A DNA stretch of 63,373 bases, filler included, from Chiloscyllium plagiosum (taxonomy: Eukaryota), in the NCBI RefSeq assembly GCF_004010195.1. It is 4 parts of one record of this genome, joined end to end, with 100 filler letters (N's around TTAATTAATTAA, not from the genome) between each part and the next. Parts side by side here need not be neighbours in the genome. Positions count along the whole stretch, not along the records: positions 11,167 to 27,696 come from NC_057715.1; positions 27,797 to 58,939 come from NC_057715.1; 2 more parts are not named here. One strand, given 5' to 3'. A model generated the notes under the pieces. The model worked only from the letters and a program-made list of their open reading frames with translations. It did not search any database and was not told the DNA's origin. A program made the translations under genes and the position numbers. This document shows positions 23,600 through 36,029 of the stretch, piece by piece. Positions within the stretch are counted from its first letter, which is position 1. Every line of letters starts with the position of its first letter.

Positions 23600-25602
23600 A
23601 ACAAAAACTTCCAGCTCGGCGAACAGAACCACAACAACGAGCACCCGAGCTACAAATCTTCGCACAAACTTTGAGTTGGTTCTGGGCTTCAGATTACTTG
23701 ATCGAGGTGGCATCTCTGGGTCTAGTCAGTCTGATGAAGCTCACCATGGGGTACAAGGAGCTAGAGATGCTATGTAGCTCTGCTGTCAGTCAAAGATATT
23801 GTTGAAGAAGGTACAAAAGCAGAGAAAGCCAGGGGTCCAGGTTACCCCTTTAAATCCCACTCTTCACACCTTTCTTGAAAATTCTGTGCAATACCAGCAT
23901 TGGGCGGGGGCAGGAAGCTCCAATGAGGTGATATTTTCTATATTTGAAGGTCACAGAACATGGTTTGAACCTTTAACTGCCAAGTGCTGCCCTTATCACA
24001 TTGTGCCTCTGGCCTCCTACTGAGCTGGATGCCATCAAATCTGTAGAGCATTCTTCTAACAAAGCAACTTCACTGGAGGTGGAAACAACAGCTTGTTCTG
24101 AAACAATGTAGCCATTAGGACCTGACCAGGCAGTTCTAGGCCTGCGTGGTTTTGACAGGAAATTAATTGTCCAAAGCCTGGCTGCATAAGTACTGTCTGT
24201 TGCAGTTCTGCAGTTTGCAAAGAGCAGAGACGGCTGATGGAAAAATATCATTATTTGTGGTAAAATCCCCTCATACTGGGCACCATTATCAGCCCAATGA
24301 CTAATTTTGCCGTATTTTTCATGTTTGCCCTTGAACATTCAGTTTGACTTTATAAGTGCTTATCCCTTATGGGGTGATTTAGAATGCCTCTTGAAAATTA
24401 CCTCTGGTTTGGAAGTAAGTGTTCCCAAAGCTAGGTTCCAACTGGTAGTTTACATTTCTAATATCAACCCTATTATTTCCACAAAGTTTTGTATCTGAGT
24501 TTGTGATGAGCAATAATTTTGTTTTAAATCTGCTATATTGCAGTTCATTGTTCATATCTATTCTAACTACGTTGATGTTATAGCACATTATGACAAATTA
24601 AACATTTTCAAATCTATTCATAGATTAAATGATTCAGAATGTTTTATTAATATAACTACTAACATAAAAAGCATAACTGCTTCTGCTAAAGACACCTATA
24701 ATTCTACAGTAAACAGCAGTCTTGTTAGAAATAAAACACTCTTCTAAAAGCTGTGTTTTTTACAATGGAACAATAACATCAATAAAGGCAATGAAATTTG
24801 GATCGTAGCATTTTAATTGTACAGAAGCTCATTTTCTTTAAAGTATCACTGTGTATTTATTGGCTTTATTGTGATTCAGCTTTTGTGATAGCGATATATC
24901 ACAGACATTGAGAAATCAAAACAATGGCAACAGAGATCAAACATTTTATTTTAACTATGGGGTTCTTATTGCAGTATGCTATGTCAATATTGGATTGAAA
25001 CATTCTGCTGATATGAAATTTTGAGAAAGTTCATAACTGGTCCCTCTACACCAGAAGATGCTTTTTGATTGGCAGTCACAGCATAGAGCCAGCATGTAGG
25101 ATAAAGACCACATCAAATTCATTTTGAAGTGTTTGCTGTTTGTTACTGATGGCATGCAGTAACAAATGTTACATGCTGCTAAGGAGTGGGAAGTAATAAT
25201 CTGGGATTCTCCCAGAATGTTTTAGCTGTGATAGATTAGAGCAAGATACATCCAATTTGAGACAAAAAATGATTTTTATGTTTTATGAACAGAGAGTGCT
25301 GGTTTATGACAATTGTACTCTGGCAGAGGAATTACTTCAGAGAAATGCAACTATTGATTCCTTTCCAAAAAGGTTCAAACCACACCAGGTCTCCTGCACA
25401 CATCTGGTGGAGAGATAATGCTGCATATTAAATGGTGTCCACTCTGCAAATTAAATGGCCTTGAACTCAGAAACTGAGGAAACAAACAGGGATTTGAATT
25501 TGCTCAATCAATTAGTAGAACAAAGGTTTGCAATCTTTCAATCTTTCAGTAGACAGCAATAGAAAGAGAAGTCGGCCATTCTATTGAAGAACAACCTAAA
25601 TT

Positions 25603-26145
25603 TTGAGGCCACTTTTGAAGTACTGTGTAAAGTTCCGGTTGCCTTGCTATAGGAAGGATATTATTAAATTGGAAAGTATGCAGAAAAGATTTACCTGGAT
25701 GTTACCAGAAATGGAGGGTTTGAGCTATAAGGAGAGGCTGAATAGGCTGGGACCTTTGTTGCCTGGACAGTTGGATGTTGAGGGGTGACCTTATAGAGGT
25801 TTATACAATCATGAGGGACACAGATAAGGTGAATAGCAACGATCTTTTCCCTAGGGTGGGGGAGTTCAAAACCAGAGAGCATAATTTTAAGGTCAGAGGG
25901 GGAAAAGTTTAAAAGAAACCTGAGCGGTAACCTTTTCACACAAAAAGTGGCTTGTATGTGGAATGAACTGCCAGAGCACATGTAGGTACAGGTACAGTTG
26001 CAACAGATACATGAATTGGAAAGGTTTAGAAGGATATGGGTTAAATGCAGGAAAGTGGGATTAGTTTACTTTGGGAAACTTGGTTGGCATGGACGAGTTG
26101 GACTGATAGGGCTGTTTCTGTGCTGTATGACTCTATGACTCCATG
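25603..26145 (+). mobile_element. CR1 LINE 3' end
   Basis: RPLLKYCVKF...WNELP; (ATGACTCT)n tail. Confidence 0.88.
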
Positions 26146-26324
26146 ACAGTTGATGCCACTACAGCAAGCTATTTACAGCCTATGTGATTTCCAGCTTTGA
26201 CTAAGAAAGAGTCATTCTCTGGGTACACCCTGGGAACAGTGAGCAAAACATTTCTTCTGAATATCTAAAAATCAAATGATTCGTGCCTATCATGTTCTGC
26301 CAAATATCCATCATGCAGAGATTA

Positions 26325-26520
26325 AAAAAATGAAGTTGCCACAGTACCAGAGGGTCATTTGGCTGCTCTCTCATTAGGGAAAGATGACTGATGGTGAAGT
26401 TAACATGAGGGTGACCAGGCCTCCAAGTGAGGGACAAGGGTGGGAAGGGCAGACTTCAAATCCACACTGTTGATGTCATTCTGCATCACAAACCAGCCAT
26501 CCAGCCAACTGAGCTAACCA
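26325..26520 (-). mobile_element. tRNA-derived SINE (non-HE1)
   Basis: Minus-strand head GGTTAGCTCAGTTGGCTGG (A-box-like); body differs from HE1. Confidence 0.5.
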
Positions 26521-27153
26521 ATAAGAAAATATTTACAGAACATATTTAAAAATTAACCCTATACCGAAGACAACTGTAATCATTTTTTGTACAGTCGGTT
26601 CTGATATGACATGATAGTTCTGTTCTTGTGTGATCTCACATTATAAGAAAACCGTGCAAATGCCATGCCATTTAAACAAAGGTGGCCAGAATCGCCCTTT
26701 ATCCAATACAGATAAGGAAAATTCACAATCTACAAATAATGTTCTAAATTCTTCAATCTCGTTAAAGCCAATTTGCGTTGAAGAAACACATGTTACAGCA
26801 GAGCCGACTGAATTTGAAAAGGTTCAATCTTCTTATCCTGTCTCATTTTTAAAACTTCACTCTTGGGATGTTAGTTTTCCTTGAAGTAATGAAGATCCTT
26901 CTTGAACTGCTTGAATCCAAGTGATGAGGTAACTCCATTGATGCTTTTAGGTGTGGATTTTGACACAGCAATGAAGGAATGTTGATACATGTCCAAGACA
27001 AGATGATTTTTAAGTTACAGCAGAAGATTGAAAGGTGATGGTATTCCCATATGCCTGCTATCTTGTCCTTCTAGGTGATCAGTTTTGGGATACACTGCCA
27101 AGGATAACCTGAAGGTTTGCTGCATTGCAACAGGTTGATGGTAAACATTGCAG

Positions 27154-27291
27154 ATGTTTGTTCCTGATGAAGAGCTTTTGACCGAAACCTTGATTTTCCT
27201 GCTCCTCAGATGCTGCCTGACCTGCTGAGCTTTTCCAGCACCACACTCTTGACTCTAATCTCCAGCATCTGCGGTACTCACTTTCACCGAA
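27154..27291 (+). mobile_element. Short hammerhead-headed PLE family A insertion with 12-bp TSD
   Basis: TSD TAAACATTGCAG at 27142-27153 and 27292-27303; degenerate hammerhead CCTGATGAAGAGCTTTTGACCGAAAC near the start. Confidence 0.8.
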
Positions 27292-27696
27292 TAAACATTG
27301 CAGTTATAGTATGCTGGTGGTGGAAGGAGTGGAAGTCTTAAATTGGCTGAGGGATTGTCAGTCAAGCAGACTACTTTGTTTTGGATTGTAAAAACCTTTT
27401 GAATGTGTTTCAATGGAAGTATTTATCCAGGTAACAGCCCGGTTATTACGACAAATTTTCTTCATGAGAGAAGTTAAAATTATCCATGTTATGCATGAGT
27501 ATCCCTCAAATTTTCATAGGTCCAAATGTTTGCATATTTTTCAAGATGCACACTGGGGAAATGTAAGCTGTACATTTAGAACATAGAACAATACAGCACA
27601 GAACAGGCCCTTCGGCCCACGATGTTGTGCCGAACATTTGTCCTAGCTTAAGCACCCATCCATGTACCTATCCAACTGCCGCTTAAAGGTCACCAA

Positions 27697-27796
27697 NNNN
27701 NNNNNNNNNNNNNNNNNNNNNNNNNNNNNNNNNNNNNNNNTTAATTAATTAANNNNNNNNNNNNNNNNNNNNNNNNNNNNNNNNNNNNNNNNNNNN
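27697..27796. other. Assembly gap with TTAATTAATTAA linker
   Basis: 100-nt N block; linker at 27741-27752. Confidence 0.97.
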
Positions 27797-29109
27797 TCGA
27801 TTCTCCTGCTCCTTGGATGCTGCCTGACCTGCTGCACTTTATCTACCTGTCCTGCTGGCACCAAGGGTCTACACCAAAATCCCTCTGATCTTCCTTAATT
27901 CCTTGGCTCCTACCATTCAACATGTGCTCCCTTTACTTGTTAGTCCTCCCAAAATACATCACCCCACACTGGATTAATTTCTATTTGTCACTGTTCAGCC
28001 TCTCTATGGCACATGATTAAGGACTAATGAGGGTGATAATGAATAATAATTCCCATTAGTAGGCATCTTCTTGTTCACTCATGAGAATCTCATCTTGATG
28101 TCCAGGACTTTTTGGAAACTGCTACTTTTCAGTCTTGGTATCGAGAAGGACCTTGTTTAACATCTCATTCAGTTTTCCCAAATGTCTTGCTTTGGTCAAC
28201 ATTGTTCAGGACCTGGAAAGATTCCACCCCTGGTTATTAAGAGAGATGTCATAATCAGGGGGTTAGTTGTCATTCTTGTAACCACCTTTGGGAATTCTGC
28301 AAGGTGCCATGCCTTCCTGAAGCCAGAGCAAAGGATTTCACAGAGAGTGCAGAAACAGGGAATGAACCAGATGTTGTGCTACACATTGGTGGTGATAATA
28401 TGGAAGGGGCATGTATTGATGACATATGGTCAGAGATTCAGGAAGTAGGAAGGAAGTTATAAAATCACACCTTGAATGTACTATATCTGAGTTAATCTCA
28501 GTGTCAAATGCTAGTGAGGTGCCCTTGGTTAGGTCTGATAGAGACTGTGGGAGGCCACACTGTTAGTAAACTTCTCCTTTTATTGAACATTGTCTTCTAA
28601 CTATTTGCAGAGAAAGGTTTAGCACCACCCTTCACATTGAAATGTATCACAGCAGTACATCACAATGTGTCACAGTACTCTATGGTCATGTGATCTTGCA
28701 GCTCTGATGTAGAGTCTATCTCTATATCCAGCATTAAACCTTGATATTACATCTCCCTTCATTCTGTTTAGTGCATTGTATACATTATTTTACATTTCCT
28801 TCCTATTCCCTGACATCGTCTATGGTTAGCAGAGACAACCATTGTGGTGGTCTTATCAATCAAGTTGATCTTGTTCTCTGCTCTCTCAGAGTAGGTCAAG
28901 ATTTTGAGCTCTCCATGTTTCCTCTCAACCTTTTAAGTAGTAGCTGAATCATCCAATTATACCAGCTCATTATTCAGGTCATCTTCCACATCTTCTGAAT
29001 AGCTGGTCTAATCAATTGAAGGATTTCTTCTGTAAAACGTATTCTTCTCATTATTCCACTTTCAGTCTCTATAAGATAAAATTGCAGATGGAATGTGTTT
29101 TCAAAATAA

Positions 29110-29600
29110 TAGAATCGTAGAATCGTATAGTCTAGAAAAAGCCCTTTGGCCCATTGAGTCTGTACCACTGAAACTACACTAAATCTACATCAGTCTCACT
29201 TTCCAACATTAGGACCATAGCCTTGAATGTTATGACTCTTCAAGTGCTCATCCTAGTACTTTTTAAAAGGTTGTGAGGTTACCTGCCTTAAATATCATCT
29301 CAGGCAGTGCATTCCAGATCCTAAAAACCCTCTGGACGAAAGTGATTTCCCTCAAATCCCTTCTAAACCTCCTGTCTATTACATTAAAAGTATGCTCCCT
29401 ATTACTGATCCTTATACTACAGGGATCAGTTGCTTTATATCTTTCTTATCCATGCCCTTTATAATCTTATACAACTCAACCAGATTCCCCCCGAACCATC
29501 TCTGCACCAAAGAAAACAACCAGAGTTTATCTAGCCTTTCCTCACAACTAAAGCATTTCCTCAAAGGCAACATCCTTGTGGATTTCCTTTGCATCCCCTC
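29110..29600 (-). mobile_element. CR1 LINE 3' end
   Basis: EERLDKLWLFSL...LVELYKIIKGMD. Confidence 0.8.
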
Positions 29601-32600
29601 TGGTGTGACAGTGACTTGGCTTTTCTCTATCCTTCTCTCTAGATAACAAAGCAGCATCAGTGACTCTTGACAATGATTTGTACACGTGAAGTCCAAGTGA
29701 AAACAATTTTTTTTCTAATAGTTTTGTGATCACTGAACAGCATTTCATAGTCTGGCATTTATAACACCCAAGACTTTGTAACACCCAAGTGAACCCAGCA
29801 TAGCCTCTGAAGCATATTAAGTCTGCAAAATCGAGATATGAGCAATCTCTCATCATATATCAGCAACTCTTCCACAATGCTGAGATAACTTCATTGCTTG
29901 AAGTGTTGCCTCATACCAGGATTATGTGGAGCAAATTCTGGCCATCCCTTGGTAAAACATTCATGGATTTAAGTATATTCTTCATCTGATTTTTATGCTT
30001 TTCAAATTTTACTTAACAGCTGCATTGTTGCCGGTATATATTTTGTGGTCAATGAAATGTAGAAATCCACATTTTTGACAACATTTACATTCTCTTATTT
30101 AAGCATTTCCACAGAATGCAGTACATCACAATGTGCCTGCTGTAGTTTGTTTTATACCTTGGACACACTCAGTTGTATAGCTTCAAGTCTCATCAATTTC
30201 GAATGAAAGCTTTGTATTCTTGTTGGCATCTTTGCTAATTGCTTAGCATTCAGTGAAGTAATTATGATTTCTGGTCTGTTTCAATTGCGAATACAAGCAT
30301 AAAATATATTCACAAATTTTTCACAAGCTTAAGTAACAGTGAATGCTTCCTTTTCAATTATCATGTAACTTTGCTGTTTCAACCAAAGTCCAACATGCCT
30401 AATACACTGGTTTACATTCACCATTCCTCTGATTCCGAAAGAGGTGTGGCTCCTAGTTCAGTCAATGATACAGCTGTAACAAGTAGCTTAGGTATTTTTG
30501 AATCACAATGAGCCAATATATCTAATGAAATTAATATCTCTTTTAAACTTTCAAACCAAATGTTGGTTTTACCACCTGTACTATGTTTAGTCTTGCCTGA
30601 GCAATTATCATAGTGATTCATGCATATACTCAAAATTGGGTAAGAATTTTTCTACTTGATTCACAATCCCCATAAATCACTGAAGCCCCGTAGCATTGCA
30701 AGATGGTGGAAATTCCTTGATTGCTCTGTGTTTTGAGGATTATTACTGATGTCTGACACAAGCATGGCGTGTCCTAGAAATTTAATGGCCGATTATGGGA
30801 ACTCACATTTGTTATTCAGGGAAAATCCTACTTCTCCTAAGCGTTACAATGCTATCATTGCTCTGAAATCTAGCTCCACTGAAGTGGAACCATGGAATAG
30901 GGCATAATCCATGTGGCAGATTAGTTGCTCTAACCTATCTAGAATACTCAATAGCGTAACAGTGTATTCTGAAAAAGTTTTTGTGCTGATGCAATATTAA
31001 AAAGTAATTAATTCAAACAATGCTTCCTAAACAGCATGATGAATGTTGTCAGTTGTTTGAATTCCTTGTCCAAAGCTAGTTACCAGAATCCATTATTCGC
31101 ATCTATTTTAGTAAAACAAAAAAAGCTTTTTGCTCACTTTGCCTGAGTCTTATCTACAATGCCATTTATAAATCTCCCATTCCACGGCTTTGTTTAAATG
31201 TGTGAGATCAACGTTGATTTGCAATTACCCCATTGGTTTTGGCACAGAACTATACCTGAGCATCAACATGCAGAATTTGTTAGAATGAGATAATTCCTTT
31301 GTGTAACATTGACTCAAATTCTTGCTTTATCTTCAGCAGACATGGGTGTGGAACTTCTTTGAGGTGTTAAAACACTTTTTTAAAAATCTTACAATGTAGC
31401 TTCAGTTTCCTAAGACTAATAATTTTGGAAATTCTGTTTTGAATTCTTTCAATTTGTCCAGGCTTCTGAATACCTCTACATTATAGATGAGTTGTGGATG
31501 GGTAGGGTCTGTTTAACTAAATAATAAACAATCTTAGTTAGAATCACATACAAGGTTTTTGCAATTTTTCATCTATTGTACTGAAAAGTCATCATCAACA
31601 GTCCTTTGACAATAAATTCCTGGTCCATGGAGTTGAGCAGTTGATGGTTAAAAGAAGTTTTGCTTTAGCCATGGTTTTACATATGAAAGAGTTGAAACAC
31701 CCCTTCCTGTATCCAATTTGAAGTTTGTTTTTTGTTCATTGACTAAAATTTTTGCAGTCCAATAGTTTTTATTGAATTTTGTATTGTTTTCCCAGGAATG
31801 GCACTTTATCATCTTTTATGCATTCAATTTTGTGAGTGCCATTGGCTTAAAAAAATTTCTTTGTTTAATTTCTCAGCTGAGGGCTTTTTGCTCTGGGATA
31901 CGGCTTTAAAATGTCCCCTCCTCTTTTAGGATTGACAGTCTGCATTTTGGGCAGACCAGTTTTCATGCCAATACAGCCTTTTTCTGTGACAGTGTAAACT
32001 CTGACCACTGGTGGCATTCATGTCCTCTTTGCACCTTCCTTGTTTCTGTGCAGGTATGCTTCTATTCAGTGCTCTCCAAACTGCATGGTGTCAATCATTT
32101 TACTCCACAAAGTCTCCCTGTCACCTTGAATAAATGTGCAGTTTTGCTTTCTGATTTCTGCTTACCTTGTTCAGTGCTTAGTCATTGATAGTTTTAAATC
32201 CTCCCTTGAAAACAGAAAATCTGATAAATCTCCTCCAAGATTCTTACAACAATGTAATTCTAATTAATTTGTCTTCTGTGGCTGTGTATTCCTATTTCTC
32301 AGCTAATCAATAAAACTGTTCATAAAGGAATCTACATTCATTGAGTAGTCATTGAACTTAGACCTTTCTATAATAATGTTGCTCCTAAAATTGAAATTTG
32401 TATCAAATACCATTTCTTAATAAAACCTCTGTCTAACCAATATGTCATTAGCATATTGAACATTACTGGCTTGTTCCTTCTTAAGTTTTTCTGATAGTGC
32501 CAATGGTTCTGTACCTCGCAACTGTACAATGTCAGTTCATTCATCTTTCAGCTTTATTCAAGCCTTTGACATGTTTGAAACACTTTTATCAGAGCATGGT

Positions 32601-32644
32601 TTTTCCAAACGCTTCTCTTCATTTTACATCTTCTACATGGTAAA

Positions 32645-33910
32645 ATGGGGCTGAGTCAATGTGGCATCATCAAGGGGAGATCAATTAGAAATCTTTGAAG
32701 AGGTAACCAACAAGTTAGACAAAGGAGAGCCAGTGAACATGATCTGGTTGACCTTCCAGAAGGCCTTGGAGGAGGTACTGCACAGAAGACTGTGGTGTTA
32801 GGGGCAAGGTACTGGCATGGATAGAGGATTGGCTGACTGGCAAAGGGCAGAGAATAATGATAAAGGAGCCTTTTACAGGAGGGCAGACAGTAACTATTGG
32901 AGTTCCACAGGTGGTCTGTGATGGGACCACAACTATTCATATTATACGTGAATGATCTGGATGAAGGCACTGAGGGCATTGTTACTAAACTTATAGATGG
33001 CACAAAGATAGCTGATAGGACAGGTAATATTGAGGAACTATGGATACTGCAGAAGGACTTGGACATGCTAGGAGATCAGGCAAAGAAGTGAAAGATAGGA
33101 AAATATGGGGAATGTGGGAAAGTGTGAGGTGAGGTTTTGGTAGGAAGAATAGAGGCATAGAATATTTTCAAAATGGGGAAAGGTTTTGGAAATTTGAAGC
33201 ACAAAGGGAGTTGGGAGTACAAGTTAGGATTCTCTGAAGGCTAATGTGTAGGTTCACTTGGCAGTTAGGATGGCAAATGTAATGTTATCATTCGTTTTAA
33301 GAGGGTTAGAATACAAGACCAGAGATGTACTGCTGACATTGTATAAGACTCTGGTCAGACTGCATCTGGAATATTGTGATCAGTTTTCTATATCTAAGGA
33401 AGGATGTGCTGGCCTTGGAGGGTTCCACAGGAGGTAAACAAGAATGATCTTGGAGATGAAAGGCTTGTCATATGAGGAGCAGTTGATGACTCTGAGGCTG
33501 TATTCGATAGAGTTTGGAAGGATTGGGGTGGGAGTTTCATTGAAACTTACAGAATACTGAGAGGCCTCAGTACAGTGGACATGTAGAAGATGTTTTCACT
33601 AGTAGGAGAGACTAGAACCCAAGGGCATAGCCTCAGAGTGAAGGGCCGAACCTTTAGAACTGAGATGAGAAATTTCTTCAGTCAGAGGGTGGTTAATCTG
33701 TAGAACTCATTTCCACAGAGAGCTGTGGAGATCAAGTCATTGTGAGTATTTAAGACTGAGATAGATTCTTGATTAGTAAAGGGATCATGGGTAATGCAGC
33801 AAAGGCAGGAGAATGGAGTTGAGAAACATATCAGCCATGATTGAACGATGGAGCAGACTCAATGAGCGGAATGGCCTAATTCTGCTCATGAATCTTATGG
33901 TTTTATGGTT
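32645..33910 (+). mobile_element. CR1 LINE 3' half (decayed)
   Basis: GPQLFILYVNDLDEGTEGIVTKLIDGTKI; CR1 tail. Confidence 0.85.
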
Positions 33911-34334
33911 TCCTGCTGTTCTCTTCTGATCACTGGCCAATTCTACAAATTTTGTTATTGTTTGCCGAGCTGTGCTTTCCTTGCAGTCTATTTGCATGTT
34001 GCTTTTTACAATTAGTGGATTTTCCATTCTGACATTTTTCTTGCTGGTATATTCAAACAAGTGATTTTCCTACTGATTTTATCACTTTCACTATCTGTTA
34101 TCATTGCTGTGCATCTTAGCTTGTGTCTTGTTCTTGGTTAGGGTTCATGGAATCTTTACATGGCTAAGCTGTTGGTAAACATTCATTTTATTGACCGGTT
34201 TCTTTTATGTATATATAGGACAAAGGCTGAAGCATCATATAGAACCACTTCACAGTAGATTCTGTTGTCATGTAATCTTCACTAATATAGACTGTCTGTT
34301 TATATATTTAACATTAATCCTTTACATTACAATA

Positions 34335-35632
34335 AGGAGGGAGTATCAAGACCTGGATAAATGTAAAATGAGGAAGGCAGTGACTCAAATTCATAAGGTA
34401 CTGGAACACGTGTACCGAGGCACAGTGAAAAGCTTTGTCTTGCGAGCAAATCAGGCAGATCACAGAGTTAAATAGCATAGATAAGTAAATAATAGGTAAA
34501 CAGCAGCAAAAACAAAAACACAGGTACAGGCAAATGTTAAAAATTTGTGAGTCCATTCAGTATTCTAACAACAGTCGGATAGAAAATGTTACAAAATCAG
34601 CTGGTGTGTGTGTGTGTTCAGGTTTCAGTACCTTCTCCCCGATGGTAAGGTTATAGAAAAGCATTGCCAGGGTGGGATGGATCTTTGAGAATGTTGGCAG
34701 CCTTTCCTTGACAGTGGGCCTCGTAGATGGATTCTATAGATGAGAGGTTGGCCTTTGTGATAGTCCGGGCCGAGTTCACCACTCTCTGTAATCGTCTCTG
34801 ATCTTGAATGGTACAGTTGCCATACCAGGTAGTGACACATCCAGACAATTGGCAAGGGTATTTGTCATCATGCTAAATTTCCCCAGCTGCCTGAGGAAGA
34901 AGAGATATTGTTGAGCCTTCATGTTCACATGAAGAATCCAACAAAGATTGTTGTGGATAACCACTCCCATGTGCTTGACTCTCTCCATTTGTTCCACCTC
35001 TGTGCTGTTGACGTGTCAGGGGGCATGAGTAACATCCCGCCAAAATTCAATGATGAGTTCCTTGGTTTTGCAGGCATTGAGAGCTAGATTGTTCTCAGTT
35101 CACCATTCTTCCAGGTATTCCACCTCTCGTGTGTAGGCTGTATCATCACCATCTGAGATTCGACCAACTATGTAGTGTCATCAGCAAACTTGTAAATGGC
35201 ATTAGTCTGGTATTTGGCAACGCAGTCATGGGTATACAGTGAGTACAGTAGGGGACTGATTATGCACCCCAGGGGTGCTCCAGTGTTGAGTGTTAGTGAG
35301 GATGAAATATTGTCCCCATCTTCACTGACAGTGGGTCAGGAAACTGAGGATTCAGTTGCAGAGAATGGGGTTTAGTCCGAGACCACTTAGTTTAGTATTC
35401 AGTCTAGAGGGGATAATAGTATTGAAGGCTGTAGTCAATGAGTAGGATTCTTACGTAGCTGTTTTTGGTGTCAAGATGTTCTAGGGAGGAGTGAAGGACA
35501 GCTGATATGGCATCTGATGTGGACCTGTTGGTCCAATAGGCAAACTGGAGTGAGTCAAGAGTAGTGGGGATGCTGAAGTTGATTAATGCCACAACCAGCC
35601 TTTCAAAGCACTTAATGACCATCGAAGTGACA
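34335..35632 (-). mobile_element. Rex1/Babar LINE 3' half
   Basis: KCFERLV...LDSLQFAY..NRSTSDAI...YVRILLIDYS; WYGNCT...LQRVV...DPSHP...LPSGRRY. Confidence 0.85.
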
Positions 35633-35680
35633 GTAAATTCAATTCAATTCAATAAATTCAATTCAACTATTTCTAGGACC

Positions 35681-36027
35681 AGAGGCACCTTGGCTCAGTG
35701 GTTAGCACTGCTGCCTTACAGTGATAGGCATCCTGGTTTGATTCCACCCTCAAACAACTGTCTGTGTGGAGTTTGCATATTCTCCCCATGTCTGTGTGGG
35801 TTTCCTTCACCAGTCCAAAGATGTGCAGGTTAGGTGGATTAGCCATGTTAAATTGTCCATTCTGTACAGGGATGTGTAGGCTACGTGAATTTGCCATGGG
35901 AAATGCAGGGGTACAAGGATTGGGTGGGGGCTGGGGGGTGGTGGCTCTGGATGGGATGCTTTTCAGAGGGTTGTTGTGGGCTCACTGGACTGAATGGCCT
36001 GTTTCCACAATAAAGGAATTCTATGAT
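35681..36027 (+). mobile_element. HE1-like V-SINE
   Basis: TGGCTCAGTGGTTAGCACTGCTGCC head, V-domain, tail. Confidence 0.85.
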
Positions 36028-36029
36028 GC

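Larger units (their letters stand above)
22571..23672. mobile_element. Composite Penelope-like (Poseidon-type) insertion with inverted segments
   Basis: Plus-strand GIY-YIG NVVYKIPCKD..HYIGQTGRQL..RIYEH...REFLEAWHS (23225-23530). Minus-strand termini at 22571-22797 and 22870-22991; minus RT N-term TVILDKSDYIQKA at 23136-23220. Confidence 0.88.
28520..34331 (-). mobile_element. Old near-full-length Ty3/Gypsy element with two diverged LTRs and nested CR1 insertions
   Basis: LTR-like pair ~28520-28751 and ~34130-34331 share collinear blocks (TTGGTTAGG, TGTT.GTAAAC, TTTTATTGA, GTCATGT.ATCTT, ATTACA). PPT GAAGGGAGA precedes the 3' LTR. RNase H-like ILAHCDSKIPKLLVTAVSLTELGA at 30418-30560; gag-like NIIIERSKFN at ~32350-32390. 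Confidence 0.7.

Noticed and set aside
23973..24338. 121-aa minus ORF
   Set aside because: Resembles a decayed LINE pre-RT region (SGPNG...LLEECSTDL); no splice or homology support as a gene.
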